Shown here piece by piece: positions 1-14,029 of a DNA stretch of 64,000 bases. Each line of letters opens with the position of its first letter. Position 1 is the first letter of the stretch. The stretch lies in assembly GCF_009914755.1 (NCBI RefSeq), contig NC_060934.1; one strand, given 5' to 3'. The stretch comes from the human T2T-CHM13v2.0 reference genome, Homo sapiens. The notes beneath the pieces are model-generated. The model was not told where the DNA came from, ran no database searches, and saw only the letters and a program-made list of their open reading frames with translations. Position numbers and translations under genes: made by a program.

Positions 1-864
1 TACATTTTTCACTTAAAGATAATATGCATTTTTTCAAAGATAATAACACCTCCTGACTTCTTACAAGCATTATTATACTTTCCTAAAAGACCAAACTTTG
101 ACAGTCAGTGTTTATCTTAGGTAGGTTTCTCCCACAACATTTTTGAAACAACATATTGATTGTAGAGGATATTTCTTGGGTCATATTGAAAAAAACAAAA
201 AAATGTTTCCCAGTGGGAGACTATGGCTTCATGGAGATGCAGATTCTCCTAGGAAACAGCTTTTTAAGACAAGATCTGTGTATTTGCTCCTCTTTAGTAG
301 GTTTCCAAAACAATAAGTTGAAGAGCCTGAGGGACATTCTGCAACTCTGTCACATTTCTACAATGGATCTGAAAGTGTCTGTAGCCTCTCTCACAGCCAG
401 AGAGGATCTCTGCGTATTGGTGAGTCATGCTAAATGCACACCAGAGCAATCGGGGAGGGAACAAGGCAGGCACGTCCTCTCCTGCATTTCTGTGTCCTCT
501 CCCTGACTCCAACCCATTAAGGCATAGGAATGTTTTAAGATGCCAGATGCAGACCCACACATGGAGGCACACTTTGAGGTTCAGGGGTATGGGGCACAGT
601 AGGCACATGTGTCTTCATTTCCTTTTACATACACTCATAGCCCATTTTTTAAAAAGTTTCCCCCAGACTCTGTTTACCCCATTGTCTTTTTCTCAGGCAT
701 CACAATTCCTGGCATTTACTCTATACCTGGCCTCCCCTCATTCGGAACTTCACCTTTGGTGACTTGCTCTGTCCTTGCTCAAATTTGATTTGGATTTATT
801 TCTTGTTTTTAACTTCACTCTGCCTTTGTCCCTTTGACTGCTCTACCTCAGAGAGCACCACGGG

Positions 865-1363
865 CAGAGGGGGCTCTACCATGAAGCTACTGAACTTTCA
901 GCTTCAAGGCCACTCACATGCACGGTCCCGTTTGAAGGCTGCCAGTTCCAAAAAAAAAGTGTAGAGAATTTTGGGGAGAAGTTAGGTTGCGTTTGTATGT
1001 AAGTATTTCCGAAAAATTGTCTAAAAGAATCTCAAAAGAAAGAAACCTGGGTATCCAAGACTTCAATAAGTGTTTGTGATATTTTCTTAGTCTAAATAAA
1101 TATTCTGGTCGGGCATGGTGGGTAGTTGATGCCTGTAATCCCATCACTTTGGGAGGCTGAGGCAGGCAGGTGGATCACTTGAGCCCGGGAGTTGGATACC
1201 AGCCTGGGCATCATGGCAAAACCCCATCTTCATTTAAAAATTAATTAATTAATATTATATTTAATGCCTAATTATGAACTTGTGATTTTTGTATTAACTT
1301 TCCTAAAGAGGCAACCTCAAATTGCATGAGCTTGAGGCCCCTTGCAGCCTGGATCAGACCTTG
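865..1363. mobile_element. hAT-Tip100 DNA transposon fossil, Arthur1/MER69-like, interrupted by an Alu monomer
   Basis: Starts CAGAGG..TACCATGAAGCTACTGAACTTTCAGCTTCAAGGCC and ends GAGCTTGAGGCCCC..CCTGGATCAGACCTTG, resembling Arthur1 termini; degenerate 8-bp TSD accacggg/accatcag. Confidence 0.55.
1107..1250 (+). mobile_element. Alu left monomer (FLAM-like)
   Basis: GGTCGGGCATGGTGG..GCCTGTAATCCCATCACTTTGGGAGGCTGAGGC..CCAGCCTGGGCA..AAACCCCATCT, then an A/T tail; no right arm. Confidence 0.85.
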
Positions 1364-1738
1364 ACCATCAGATAGAGATTATATTCATGATGGCTTCCAA
1401 ACAGTATCCAGACAGACTAAGTTGAAGCATTCTCAGTGCTTGAGAAAATAAGGTGACCTTGAAGAGCAAAATTAGAAAATTCAGCAAATTTATTAAAATA
1501 TTCACTACCCGGAGAAGTGCTACCTAAGAATTAGAATATATACCAGGTATAAAGTGCAAATATTAAGTCCTGGGATCTTATTCAATTCTTCTCTTTAAGA
1601 GAACAGAGGCCACATGTGACTTTATCATGATTATATCCCAGTTTCTATATGATTCCTGGCACAATTGGTGCTTAATAAATACTTGTAAAATAAATAAATT
1701 AATAGGTGTGTGTAACAGAAGTCATAGCCTTATAAAAT

Positions 1739-1877
1739 CACTGATTAAAAGGTTTTAATTATCTAGAGAGAGAATGCAAGAACTGGAATGTGTCGATATT
1801 TTCAGCACTGATTAAAAAGTTTTAATTATCTAAAGAAAGAAAGCAAGAACTAGAATGTATTGATATTTTCAGCACTG
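1739..1877. repeat. Tandem duplication, 67-bp unit x2
   Basis: 1739-1805 and 1806-1872 match at 60/67; a third CACTG start at 1873. Confidence 0.95.
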
Positions 1878-4800
1878 TCTAAGGAAGACTGTGTCCTGGC
1901 ATCCAAAGACAGTAGGTGCCCTTGACAGCCCTCTACGTGCTGTGGAGTTTTCACTGTGGTACAGCAGGACTCCAGGGCACTGTAATTAAGACTGTACACT
2001 GTCTCCCCTCACTTGGATTTTCATCCTTGCAAGCCACCTGCTGGTTTGTAAGGCAGTGTCTTGTGCAGAATATCCTTGAAGGAGAGATTATGTTGACCAG
2101 AAAAGTAAGTTCTAGTCATTTAAGTTCACATAAAGTTTCTATTTCTCATTGCAATGTAATATTTTTTCTTCTCATAAGAGGTAATGGAATAGAGATATCA
2201 TTAGTAATAACTTGGAAAAAATAAGAAGACCCTTAAAGGGTGAAACTAGCAAAAGGTATTCTCAGCTGCCTGGAGAACTGCTGTGTACATAAGGCTTTGG
2301 ACTGTGGAAATTAGTGGCCCTGTCTGGCTGTCCTTTTAAAATTCAGTTGCAAACCATGGTCACTGCACTGGGCTACCGCTTCTCTCTTCTGCAAAGGCTC
2401 AGTTAGAGTGTCAGGTGGCTCCAACAAAAACACCAATATATCACTCCTTAACATCACCACATTAGAGAGACCCAACTCTATGCTGTTCTCAGCCAGAATT
2501 CCCAGAACATGATCAGTGGTATTTTACTTCCTAGAAGAAATGCTGGCAATTACAGAATGGAACCTCTAGAATTAAGTAGGCAAAAGGATGGGAGGGTTGT
2601 GGCATTCAGAGAAGACACATCCAAGTCTGGCTGCTGACAACAAATCTTCAGGGACTTGCAGTCCTAGACCAGATTGATCTCCCTCATTTTTCAAGATACT
2701 GTCACTAAATAGAATTTAAAAAAGGTGGAGTGTTAAGGAGATATGAGATATTTGCTACAAAATTCCTGTCTTATAATATTTATTCATTACTGTGGTGGCT
2801 TTAACATATGTTCACACCTGATTTGACACTGCTCCCTCTGAGAGATGAAGAATAATTTTCTTACCTTGTTTGTGAGCTGGACTCAGTAACTCATTTCTAG
2901 TGAATAGATTATGGAGACGGAAAAATAGTTGACAGTGGAGAAACTGGCAGACTCCACTTTCAATAAATGATGTTGAGGGATCCACACATTTAAAATTAAG
3001 CCCAGGGTCTTCATCTATAATGGTTTCCTGTCTCATTGGAGAGGTCAAACCTGGCTTAACACTCCAGGTTTCAGACTAATATGATTCATCACCTAGACTC
3101 ACCATGTTGAACTCTCAAATGTTGCTCTTCCACAAGTATTTCTTCTTTTTCAGTGCTACCACCCTGAGGATGATAATGATAATTGGATAGTTATACCCTA
3201 TAATCCATGAAGCTCAGAAGGCAAATTGAGCCTCATGTTGTGAACCCCTGTTGTATGAGAAAACTAACAATGGCCTTATAATTCTGTTCTGACACAGGGC
3301 CTTCCATTGCACTGTGGTTAAAGAAAAGCCCCCCATATCCTTAACTGGGCCTATGAGAGCATTCACAGACTCTTTTTACTATTCAAGCTTTGTCATGGGA
3401 CAGGCTTGCTCTGTTTCTGCATCATAATACATACTCAATTGATATGTGTTGAATGAATGAATGAAAAATTCTTAAAAATGATTGGAATAGACAATTTAAA
3501 TTTATACCATAATCTAGTGAGATAGACAAGTGACACATTATTAAGTACAACATTAGAAGAGCTGCCAAAATAACATGAAGAAAGCAAAGTATACGGCTTG
3601 ACTGTGGAGGTCAGGTAAGGAATTCAGAGCTGGTGACTTAATGACTGAGTTTTGAAGGCTATTTAGGAGCTCATTCTTCATTCAAGGGAAGAATGACATT
3701 TCAGATTAGGGTGCGGCATACACAGATGGCCAAAGCTTTAAGACAAACCAGCACTTTTAGATATTTTTGAATCCTTTCCTTATTTGAAATATTCCTTCCC
3801 CTTTTTTGAGCTTATATGAATCCTTAGCTTATATGAGCTAATCACACTTAGAATTTGTGGGCTGACTCAGTATGCTTACTTGAATCTACTGTTACTTAAA
3901 CACAATGTCTGTGTGCTTCAAACACAAATAGTCTTCTTTACATGGCCCTGGATAATGAGAAGCTTAGAAGATACTTCAGTTTTAGATAGATAAAAAAAAT
4001 AGTCAATCAAATTGAGTCATCATTTGTCTGCCAATATAAAATTTTAAATTCCGGAGATATTTGTCCTTTAACAGAAATAAGATTGTGAAAATCCGTAGCC
4101 ACAACTAATAAAAACAAAGCAAAATTATTTTTGAACTTGAGTCCTAGGAAGAGATGGATAAAAAGTCATGTACTTAACTGTGAACACACTGATAGGACAT
4201 TTTTTGCTGAAGAATAAAGAGAGAACATGCATATAGTGTATTACTTTAAAAAATACCTAAGTAGCTTTAAAAATATCTACTAGAAGGCATTCATGAGACT
4301 CAATAAAGACCCTGAACTCATGCTACAGGGGTAAAAAAAGTAAAATTATTTTCATATTTCTATTCTTAAATAGTGCAAGTTGTCGATAATTGCCATAATC
4401 TAAATGCCCAACTGACAAGTGTGGTCCATAAAAAAGCATGGAAGTCGTAAATGGTGCAGAATTTTTCTCTGGTCCTGGGATGATAATCACTCATTTCCAT
4501 GAATAATGCCACATTTCACATTGTCTGAATCCTGGCCATTAGTAATCTTAGTGAACATTCATGTAGCATTCTCTTTTGTGGAAACCCTTCTAAAAGATGG
4601 CTTACAAGAATACATCATTATATATGACTCCAGCCTCTTTATGTAGGGAGGAAATAAATCAGTATTGAGTCCATTAAAGAAGCTGACTCTGGGGAATTAA
4701 TTTGGAGCTTGAAATATGCAGGCTGAAGAAATCCAGTACTAACAGGCATAAAGTAATGTAAAGAGCAAGACCTTTGTTATCAGGCTACCTGACTGTCAAT

Positions 4801-5198
4801 CAAAGTTCTGCCACATATACACCCACTGTAAGACCTGGAGGCACAATTTGTCACTTTCCTCAGTTAAAAAATTAATATTACAATTTCTATCTCCTAGGGT
4901 TGATATAAAGAGATACAAAAAGTGTGTGGCAAATAATATCTTTAAACGTTTGCTGTCATTTCCTCATTTCCCCCACCCTGCCTTCAATATTTTATTTTAT
5001 CCCTTGCCTTTCTATTGCAGATAATTAGGTCACTCTAACTCCTAATGATTCAGAAAAGCAATGACAAAGCAGAGCATGAGAAAGATACAGATAAAGCTTT
5101 AGCTTTTTGTCTTGGAAGCATTCTCTCTGAGGGCATTTCAGGTGGGGGAGAATACAGGTGGTATAAGAGGAGAGTTCCCTTCACTGAGGTTAAAGAAT

Positions 5199-5286
5199 TT
5201 GAACCCAAGAGGCTGAGATTATGCCACTGTACTCCAAGCCTCGAGGACAGAACGAGACTCTGTCTCAAAAAATAAAAATAAAAAAA
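5199..5286 (+). mobile_element. 5'-truncated Alu 3' fragment
   Basis: TTGAACCCAAGAGGC-TGAGATTATGCCACTGTACTCCA..GAGACTCTGTCTC plus A tail; TSD AAAGAAT at 5192-5198 and 5284-5290. Confidence 0.85.
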
Positions 5287-5399
5287 GAATCATTCTCTTT
5301 AATGGGACTAGGAATAAAGGTTAGGAGAAGTAAAGGTAAGTAGACACAAAGGGTTTTATTTTATTTTATTTCAGAAAGAAAACATGAGACTTCAATGTC

Positions 5400-5745
5400 T
5401 AGGTCTACAATACAGCATTGCTAATTGTAAGTACAGTATTTTATAGCTCTCTAGAACTTATTCACCTTGCTTAACTGAAACTTTATACTCATTGATTAGC
5501 AACTGCCCATTTTCTCCCTGACCCCTGGCAACCACTGCTGTTCTTTTTGATTCTATAAGTTTAACTATTTTAGTTCCCTCATAGAAGTGGAATCATGCAG
5601 TATTAGTCTTCCTGGGACTGGCTTATTTCACCTCCCATAATGTTCTCCAGGTTAATTTATGTTGCTGCATATTGCAGAATTTCTTTCTTTTCATGGGTGA
5701 ATGATATTCCATTGTATGTATATACCACATTTTATTTATCCATTA
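5400..5745 (-). mobile_element. L1MA/L1MB-type 3' end fragment
   Basis: Antisense L1 3' motifs: CCCTGGCAACCAC, GTGGAATCATGCAGTATT, CTGGCTTATTTCAC, TATTCCATTGTATGTATATACCACATT. Confidence 0.8.
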
Positions 5746-5783
5746 AGACGCATAGAGTTTCTTAAAGGAATCCCGTGCCTTCC

Positions 5784-6833
5784 TGTTGCAGGAAGTCAGG
5801 GACCCCGAAAGGAGGGACCAGCTGAAGCCATGGCAGAAGAACATAAATTGTGAAGATTTCATGGACATTTGTTAGTTCCCCAAATTAATACTTTTATAAT
5901 ATCTTATGCCTGTTTTTACTGCAATCTCTGAACATGAATTGTGAAGATTTCATGGACACATATCACTTCCCCAATCAATGCTCTTGTGATTTCCTATGCC
6001 TGTCTATTTTAATCTCTTAATCCAGTCATCTTCGTAAACTGAGGATGAATGTCACCTCAGGACCCTGTAATGATTGCGTTAACTGCACAAATTGTTTAAA
6101 CAATATGAAATCTGGGCACCTTGAAAAAAGAACAGGATAACAGTGATGTTCAGGGAACAAGGGAGATAACCTTAAAGTCTGACTGTCTGTGGGCGAGGCG
6201 GAACAGAGCCATATTTCTCCTCTTTCAAAAGCAAATAGGAGAAACATCACTGAATTCTTTTTCTCAGCAAGGAACATCCCTGAGAAAAAGAATGTGTTCC
6301 CAAGGGGAGATCTCTGTAATGGCCGCTTTGAGAATGTCTGTCTTTTATGGTTATAGATAAGGGATGAAATAAGCCCCGGTCTCCCGTAGCATTGCCAGGC
6401 TTATTAGGACGAGGAAATTCCCGCCTAATAAATTTTGATCAGACCAGTTATCTGCTCTCAAACCCTGTCTCCTGATAAGATGTTACCAATGACAATGTGT
6501 GCCCAAAACTTCATTAGCAATTTTAATTTTGCCCTGGTCCTGTGATCTTGCCCTGCCCCCATTTGCCTTGTGGTATTTTATTACCTTGTGAAGCACGTGA
6601 TCTCTGTGACCCACACCCTATTTGTACACTTCCTCCCCTTTTGAAAATCACTAATAAAAACTTGCTGGTTTTGTGGCTTGGGGGACCTGCTGACATGTGA
6701 TATCTCCCCCGGACACCCAGCTTTAAAATTTCTCTCTTCTGTACTCTTTCCCTTTATTTCTCAGACTGGCCGACACTTAGGGAAAATAGAAAAGGACCCA
6801 CGTGAAATATTGGGGGCTGAATTTCCCCCGACA
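5784..6833 (+). mobile_element. MER11 solo LTR (ERVK/HML-8)
   Basis: TGTTGCAGGAAGTCAGGGACCCCGAA start, TTCCCCCGACA end, AATAAA at 6653, 6-bp TSD ccttcc/ccctcc. Confidence 0.92.
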
Positions 6834-7278
6834 CCCTCCTCCTTAGCTGGCCTCCTGAGGCTTAACTCTAGGAGGAAGGGTATTAGGGCCTGAGTGAGGT
6901 AAGTAGGGCCCTGTTTGGGGCAACAGAGGTGGCAGCCCAGAGTTGGGGGTTAGAGCCCAAGAAGGGGAAGAAGAGCAATCCTTGGTCTGGCCTTGGTGGC
7001 AATAACCCAGATTAGTATGTTGGAACCCTAGCAAGTTGTAAAGGATGTATGTGAGAGAAGAACCGTAGTTGCTAAACAGGAAACTCATTATATGCAATAA
7101 AGACTGATTAAATAAGCACAGATTTTAGGATAATGGGAATAGGTTTCTCACGTTTGAGAGAGGTACAAATATGAGAAGAAGTAAAACAAGTATGAGGTTC
7201 TTGGCATTGCAGTGGAATAGAAGTTTCAGTGTGAACTTAGGGTTTTCAATATAAATAGAAATGAAAATAAATTGAGAT

Positions 7279-7298
7279 GTGTGTGTGTGTATGTGTGT

Positions 7299-7333
<35 letters not shown>
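7279..7333. repeat. (TG)n microsatellite
   Basis: About 27 TG/TA units. Confidence 0.95.
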
Positions 7334-7334
<1 letters not shown>

Positions 7335-8228
7335 ATATATACATACACATGTGTATAGATCCATGCTTTCCCTAGCTTTTTCCAGTGAGAGGGCCTGAGA
7401 GCAGCCATGTTCCAGTAGGTATGAGCATGTGCAGCACCCATGTCTTGGTGTCTAAATACTATGTTCCACTGAAATGAACATGTATTCCTTAGAGAAAATG
7501 ACTGATGATAGGATCCAGAAAGTCCACGATGAGCCTGGAATATTTTACCATTCCAGGAAATAAGGAAAGGCCCAAAGAATGGTGGGATCCTATCAAAAGA
7601 ACAAAGAAGACAACATGGAGAGGTCCCTATTAGACAAGTCTGGAAAAAATTGAGCATTCAAATAAATAATGATTGACACAAATTATGTTCCGCTGTATAA
7701 AGTAGAAAACCCCAAGTCCCTACTGATATAAATGGTATGAGTGAGTAATTAGATGGAAGAGAAAGTTTTCTTTACAGAAGAAGGCCGATTAATCAAAGCA
7801 GTAGAAAGGGTGGGGTGAGAAAATCTCCTTTTGGTGAGTGGAATAGTGATAATAAGACAAAGAAACATTAATAATTTGAATACGAAAAGGTAATATTTGT
7901 CAAGAAATGAAATATTTACAGAGTCTCAAAGTACTTCTGCAAACATACTGATAAATTACCAGAAGAAAAGGAATAAACTAACAGTGAAAAAATTTTGCAG
8001 ACACAATTTTAATCAAAATACCAAACAGAACCATTAATGAGACAATCCAAAATTTTACACTAGCTGAAAAAATGCAATGAGAAGAACACACTATCATTTT
8101 TATGATATCCCTGCCCAAATGAATAATCTGAATTTAATCATGAACAAACATCATCTACTCCCAGATTCTGGGATGTTACACCAAATGACTGGGCTGTAAT
8201 TTTTGAAGGAATAAAATTTGTGAAAGTT

Positions 8229-8653
<425 letters not shown>

Positions 8654-9640
8654 TTAATATTAATTTCATATTTTACTTTTTCCCAGGGCATTAGAATCTA
8701 TTTGTTGGGCATTACAGTAGTTACATTTTTCCGAGCTGAGACACTTTAGGAGACTAGAATGGGGGTTGCTGAAAAAGAAGACAATTGTTAGGAAGGTATA
8801 GCTGTGTGCTAAGTTGCTATGTTCTTCTAGAGTAACTTTTTGCCAGTTGGAATGAGAAAAAAACCTTCTCTCAGTTTGCTCAGAGACAGAATAGATAAAT
8901 GAGCACTGGGCTTTGCCTCCCAGAAGTGGTGTGCAGCACAGTATACAGGCATATCACTGCTGGTTTCCAATTCCGCCAATGCTTTGACATGGTATGACAA
9001 AGGGATATTATGTTTATGGGCCCATATTTCTTCCTTACTCAGCCTCAGAATTCAAATCCAAGTGCGGGAGATGAATCAGTAAAAATATTGGTAGATGGTT
9101 TAGTGTTTTAATGCACATTATAAAACTTTAATGTTGAATGAATCAACAAGTAAGTTAATGGAAGAATGCATAGATGAACAAACATTGTATCAAGAGCATC
9201 AACGCCTGACTCCTCCTCTTCAAAGAATGATTGCTAATTAAGTTCATGTATATTCTAGGTGGGCTCCAAATCAGCCAGCTACCTTCACTCATAATTTTTT
9301 AACCAGAAATGTCAGCATGAAAAACACAATATTATAAAGTAAAAGCACTGATTTAGACAATGTGGTATAATACATTATTTTATTGAATAGTAGGTATTAA
9401 TTTACTTTCTTACCTAACCCTAAACTTTAAAATGATGTGAACATGCAAAATCTAAAAATTCCAGTTAGTTTCTAAGGGAATAAAAATTTTAGCCTCTGGA
9501 TTTCGGTCACTTTCTACCAGTTGTTTCATTTTAAAGAAGAGCTGGTGATGTAAGTACTACTTTCACTCTGAGCTTTACACTACATGATTAATGAAATTAT
9601 TTTCTTCAAACTTATATAAAGGAGCTTCCAACACAGACAT

Positions 9641-9643
<3 letters not shown>

Positions 9644-9677
<34 letters not shown>

Positions 9678-9691
9678 GTGTGTCTGTGTGT
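9644..9691. repeat. (TG)n microsatellite
   Basis: Direct reading. Confidence 0.95.
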
Positions 9692-9968
9692 TACTATTTA
9701 AAGATATAAGACAATGTGATTTCTATTATTTGCAAAGCCTGTATTAAATTCATCTAGAGACTGAGTCCTGTCAATCTTATTGTTTCTTGAGCTATTTTCT
9801 CTCTCTTTTCTATCTTTTTTTTTCTGCCTCAGATCACTATTCAGATTTTTTGAGATTTCATTTTTATGTTTTTTATTTGCAAGATTTCCAGTCAGCATTT
9901 CTGTGTACTCACCAAAATTCTTGTATCATGAATGAAATAATCTCAATTATATTTCAAAGAATTTCATT

Positions 9969-10629
9969 CCCCTCCCTGTGTCTATGTGTTCTCATTGTTC
10001 AACTCCCATTTATGAGTGAGGACATGCAGTGTTTGGTTTTCTGATCTTGTGATAGTTTGCTGATACTGGTGGTTTCCAGCCTCATCCATGTCCCTGCAAA
10101 AGACATGGACTCATCCTTTTTTATGGCTGCATAATATTCCATGGTGTATATATGCCACATTTTCTTTATCCACTCTATCATTGATGGACATTTGGGTTGG
10201 TTCCAAGTCTTTGCTATTGTGAATAGTGCCGCAATAAACATACGTGTGCATGTGCCTTTATAGCAGCATGATTTATAATCCTTTGGGTATATACCCAGTA
10301 ATGGGATGGCTGGGTCAAATGGTATTTCTAGTTCTAGATCCTTGAGGAATTGCCACACTGTCTTCCACAATGGTTGCACTAATTTACACTCCCACCAACA
10401 GTGTAAAAGCATTCCTATTTTTCCAAACCCTCTCCAGGGGCCTGTTGGAGGGTGGGGGGCTGGGGGAGAGACAACATTAGGAGAAATACCTAATGTGGGT
10501 AACAGGTTGATGGGTGCAGCAAACCTCCATGGTATGTGTATACCTATGTAACAAAACTGCACCTTCTGCACATGTAACCCAGAACTTAAAGTATAATAAA
10601 AAAATTAAAGCCATCATTATTAAAAAAAA
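9969..10629 (+). mobile_element. L1PA (about PA7-10) 3' end with 5' inversion: 9969-10436 antisense, 10437-10604 sense
   Basis: ORF2 C-terminus ([28 protein letters not shown]) on the minus strand abuts a sense 3' UTR and A tail; TSD-like AAAGAATTTCATT/AAAAAATTTCATT. Confidence 0.92.
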
Positions 10630-11641
10630 TTTCATTGATCATAGTTCTGAAGTACGTTTTTGTCTGTTGGGTTAGCTCTGTTTCTTTGGGTGATGTTTCT
10701 TAATCATGTTAGCACTACCCATTTTTCCTGTAATTTTTATGTGTGAACTCATGTTTGTATTTAAATTTTCCTGAAATCCTTCAGCTGACTTTATAAATTT
10801 ACCTTAATGCATTAATTTCTTCAAAACCAGATCCCCTTTCACTACCTTGAGGTCTAATTTCTGTGTTGTTACTTCTATCTTCCCAGTTTAACACTGTCCA
10901 GCAGTTTTCTGAAAAGGCATTAATATGTCATTTTCCTCTTTGATAAATTCCAACTTTGCCCTCCACCTCTCCTGGCTACTTCATAGACTCTTTCCACCAA
11001 AATTTACTTTTCTCACACTTGAACACAACCATGCCTATACTCATTGCCCCTCAATATTTCCAGAATTTGGTATGGTATGCGTCATCCTGTAGTTCTAATT
11101 ATTTAAAATAATTATGTCATGCTTTTGTCTGAGTAAATTCATAATGAGAAAATACATTGTGAGTAAAATGTTGGACCAAAGCCAATGGATATTTCGTGCC
11201 TAGCTATTTTTATGCAACATATGCCCCAAGGGCTGCATGGGAACAGCAGAAATAATATGACTCCTACAGTAGTTTGCATATTTTCACAGTTTTCCAACTG
11301 CTTCATTTTGGTTTTAATGCTTAAAATGTCCCTGTATAGTGGACAGAACAAGCATTACTTTATTCAATTTACAGTTGAGAAAACAATGAATTACTTCTCT
11401 ATCATAATAGAAAAATCATGAATTATTCTCAGACTTATTGATTCTAAATTCAGTAAATTTGATTTATGCTATGATACTATTTCTCTTAATAGTAACACCA
11501 TGTATTAAATAAATACATACATATATGTATGTGTGTGTACTGTGTGTATAAATCTGTGTGGATGTGTGCATTTATGGGTTGGTATACATGTATACACATA
11601 CATGTATACACAGATAAATGTGCGTGTGTGTGTGTGTTTGT

Positions 11642-11915
11642 GTTTGTTGAGATGAAGTCTTCCTCTGTCTCCCAGGTTGCAGTATAGTAGCTTGATCTCG
11701 GCTCACTGCAACCTCTTCCACTAAGGCTCAAGCAATTCTCCCTCTCCCACCTTAGCCTCCTGAGTAGCTGGGACTACAGGTGGGTACAACAATGACAAGG
11801 TATTTTTTGTATTTTTTGTAGAGGTGGGGTTTCACCAGGTTAGCCGGGCTGGTCTCAAACTCCTGCCTCAGCCTCCCAGTGTTGGGATTACAGGTGTGAG
11901 CCACTGTGCCCGGTT
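11642..11915 (-). mobile_element. AluJ, diverged, with internal deletion
   Basis: Antisense Alu dimer with GGCTCAAGCAATTCTCC and TTTTTTGTAGAG; preceded by TG/TATG-rich simple repeat. Confidence 0.85.
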
Positions 11916-12620
11916 ATTTAAGGACAAAGAGTAACAAGCAATAAAATACAAAATCAGCTTCTTATCCAGAAATCAGCCTCCCTAAAAAAGTGTAACACAA
12001 TTGTCTGATTAACTTAGAAGAATGACATATTTCAAGAGGTAGGTAAGATGTAATACAAAGAATACATTTTCAGTGACACAGAAACTTGCTATTTAATGTT
12101 ATCCTAGGAAGTTAAAATGTAAAAAAATTGCTTCATCTTTACAGCACAAAAGGTATGCAAACATAGAATATTACTTTCCTTTCTGCTGACACCTCCTGGA
12201 TAAGCAGAGAGAGAATGTAAAAAAAAATTGTTAAATTCATTTTCTATAACGTATATAAAAAATTCTAAAATCAAGAGAGATTAATTGATTTGTTAAGGTA
12301 ATAAAAAATTTTAATATGAGGCCTAGACTAGGACTTGTCTCTAAAATACGAATCTATTTTTGCTACCACGTAATTCCTTGACCCAGGGGAAAAGTTAATG
12401 TGTTTAACCAGTCAATGACTTTTACTTTGCACAAAACAAAGACAATAAGTAATCAGGCAAGGAGTGGTAACATTAACTGGAATGGCAAAATCTAGAAGAG
12501 AAACAAGTATGAGAGCAAAAACAGATGAGTTTTTTTGTAGACATCTGAGCAGATATAAATATATCTAAAGACTTGTACAATCTTATTAGTAATATTCCTC
12601 TGTGTGATATTCTTCTTTTT

Positions 12621-12986
<366 letters not shown>

Positions 12987-13154
12987 TTAAAATATTTGCA
13001 TGGTATTCCATTGCAAGAATACAACATATTAAATTTAAACAATTTCCTATTGATTGACAGATTTTCTTCAAAATTTTGTTACTATAAATAATACTGAATA
13101 TCTGTATTCAAATAACTCAGCATACTTTTGTAAATATATTTGGAGCATTAATTC

Positions 13155-13500
13155 TGGCAGCTTTATTTACATACAGTAAAATTCAGCCATGCAAAGAGTA
13201 CACATTTGATGAATTTTCACTGATTGTACTGCCATGTAACCACCACCACAATCTCAGTATGGATATTTTCACACCCAGACAATTTCCATGTAGTACTTTG
13301 CAGTCTCTTATCATTTATCCCAGAACTGGGTAACTGTTGGTCACACCTCTGTCGCTATAATTTTGCCTTTTCCATAATTTTATATGAGTGGGGTCATAAC
13401 TTGTACTCTTTGATATTTCTTTTATTTAGCATTCTGCTGCTGAGATTAAATTTTCATTTTGTGTATATTGGTAGTTGTTCCTTTGGATTGCTGACAACAA
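13155..13500 (-). mobile_element. Old L1M (ME/MC) 3' fragment
   Basis: TTTACATACAGTAAAATTCA, TTTGATGAATTTT, CCATGTAACCACCACCACAATC, TAATTTTGCCTTTTCCA. Confidence 0.7.
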
Positions 13501-13722
13501 TATTGAGCCTTCCGATTCAACATGGTTTATTGCTTCATTTGTTTATGTCTTTATTTACCAATATTTTGTAGTTTCAACATAAAGGTTTACATATGAATAC
13601 ATACATATGTCATGTGCTATATATGTGTGTGTATGTTTACATGTATATGTATACATGCATATATACATGTGTTTTTGTGTTTACATTTAAGTAGCATAGT
13701 TGATGAAGTTAGTTTAAAATAA

Positions 13723-14026
13723 TTTTTTCTTTCTTTTCTTTTTTTTTAGACAGAGTCTTACTCTATCGCCCAGGCTGGAGTGCAGTGGTGTGATCTCGGC
13801 TCACTGCAACCTCTGACTCCCTGGTTCAAGCTATTCTGCTGTCTCAGCCTCTCCAGTAGCTTGGATTACAGGCACGTGCCACCACGCCCAGCTAATTTTT
13901 GTATTTTTAGTAGAGACAGGGTTTCACCATGTTGGCCAGGATGGTCTTGATCTTCTGACCTCGTGATGCACCCGCCTTGGCTGCCCAAAGTGTTGGGATT
14001 ACAGGTGTGAGCCACCACACCCAGCC
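13723..14026 (-). mobile_element. AluS
   Basis: Full antisense dimer with T-rich tail. Confidence 0.93.
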
Positions 14027-14029
14027 TCA

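Noticed and set aside
156-964. Cluster of 66-116 aa ORFs at the window start
   Set aside because: No recognisable domain, overlapping on both strands, and no supporting exon structure
5839-6010. Repeated GAACATAAATTGTGAAGATTTCATGGACA block
   Set aside because: Internal tandem repeat normal for MER11 LTRs
7125-7657. His/Thr-rich ORFs
   Set aside because: Translation of the (CA)n microsatellite
9999-10571. 190-aa minus-strand ORF
   Set aside because: Chance fusion of antisense L1 3' UTR and ORF2 C-terminus across the inversion junction
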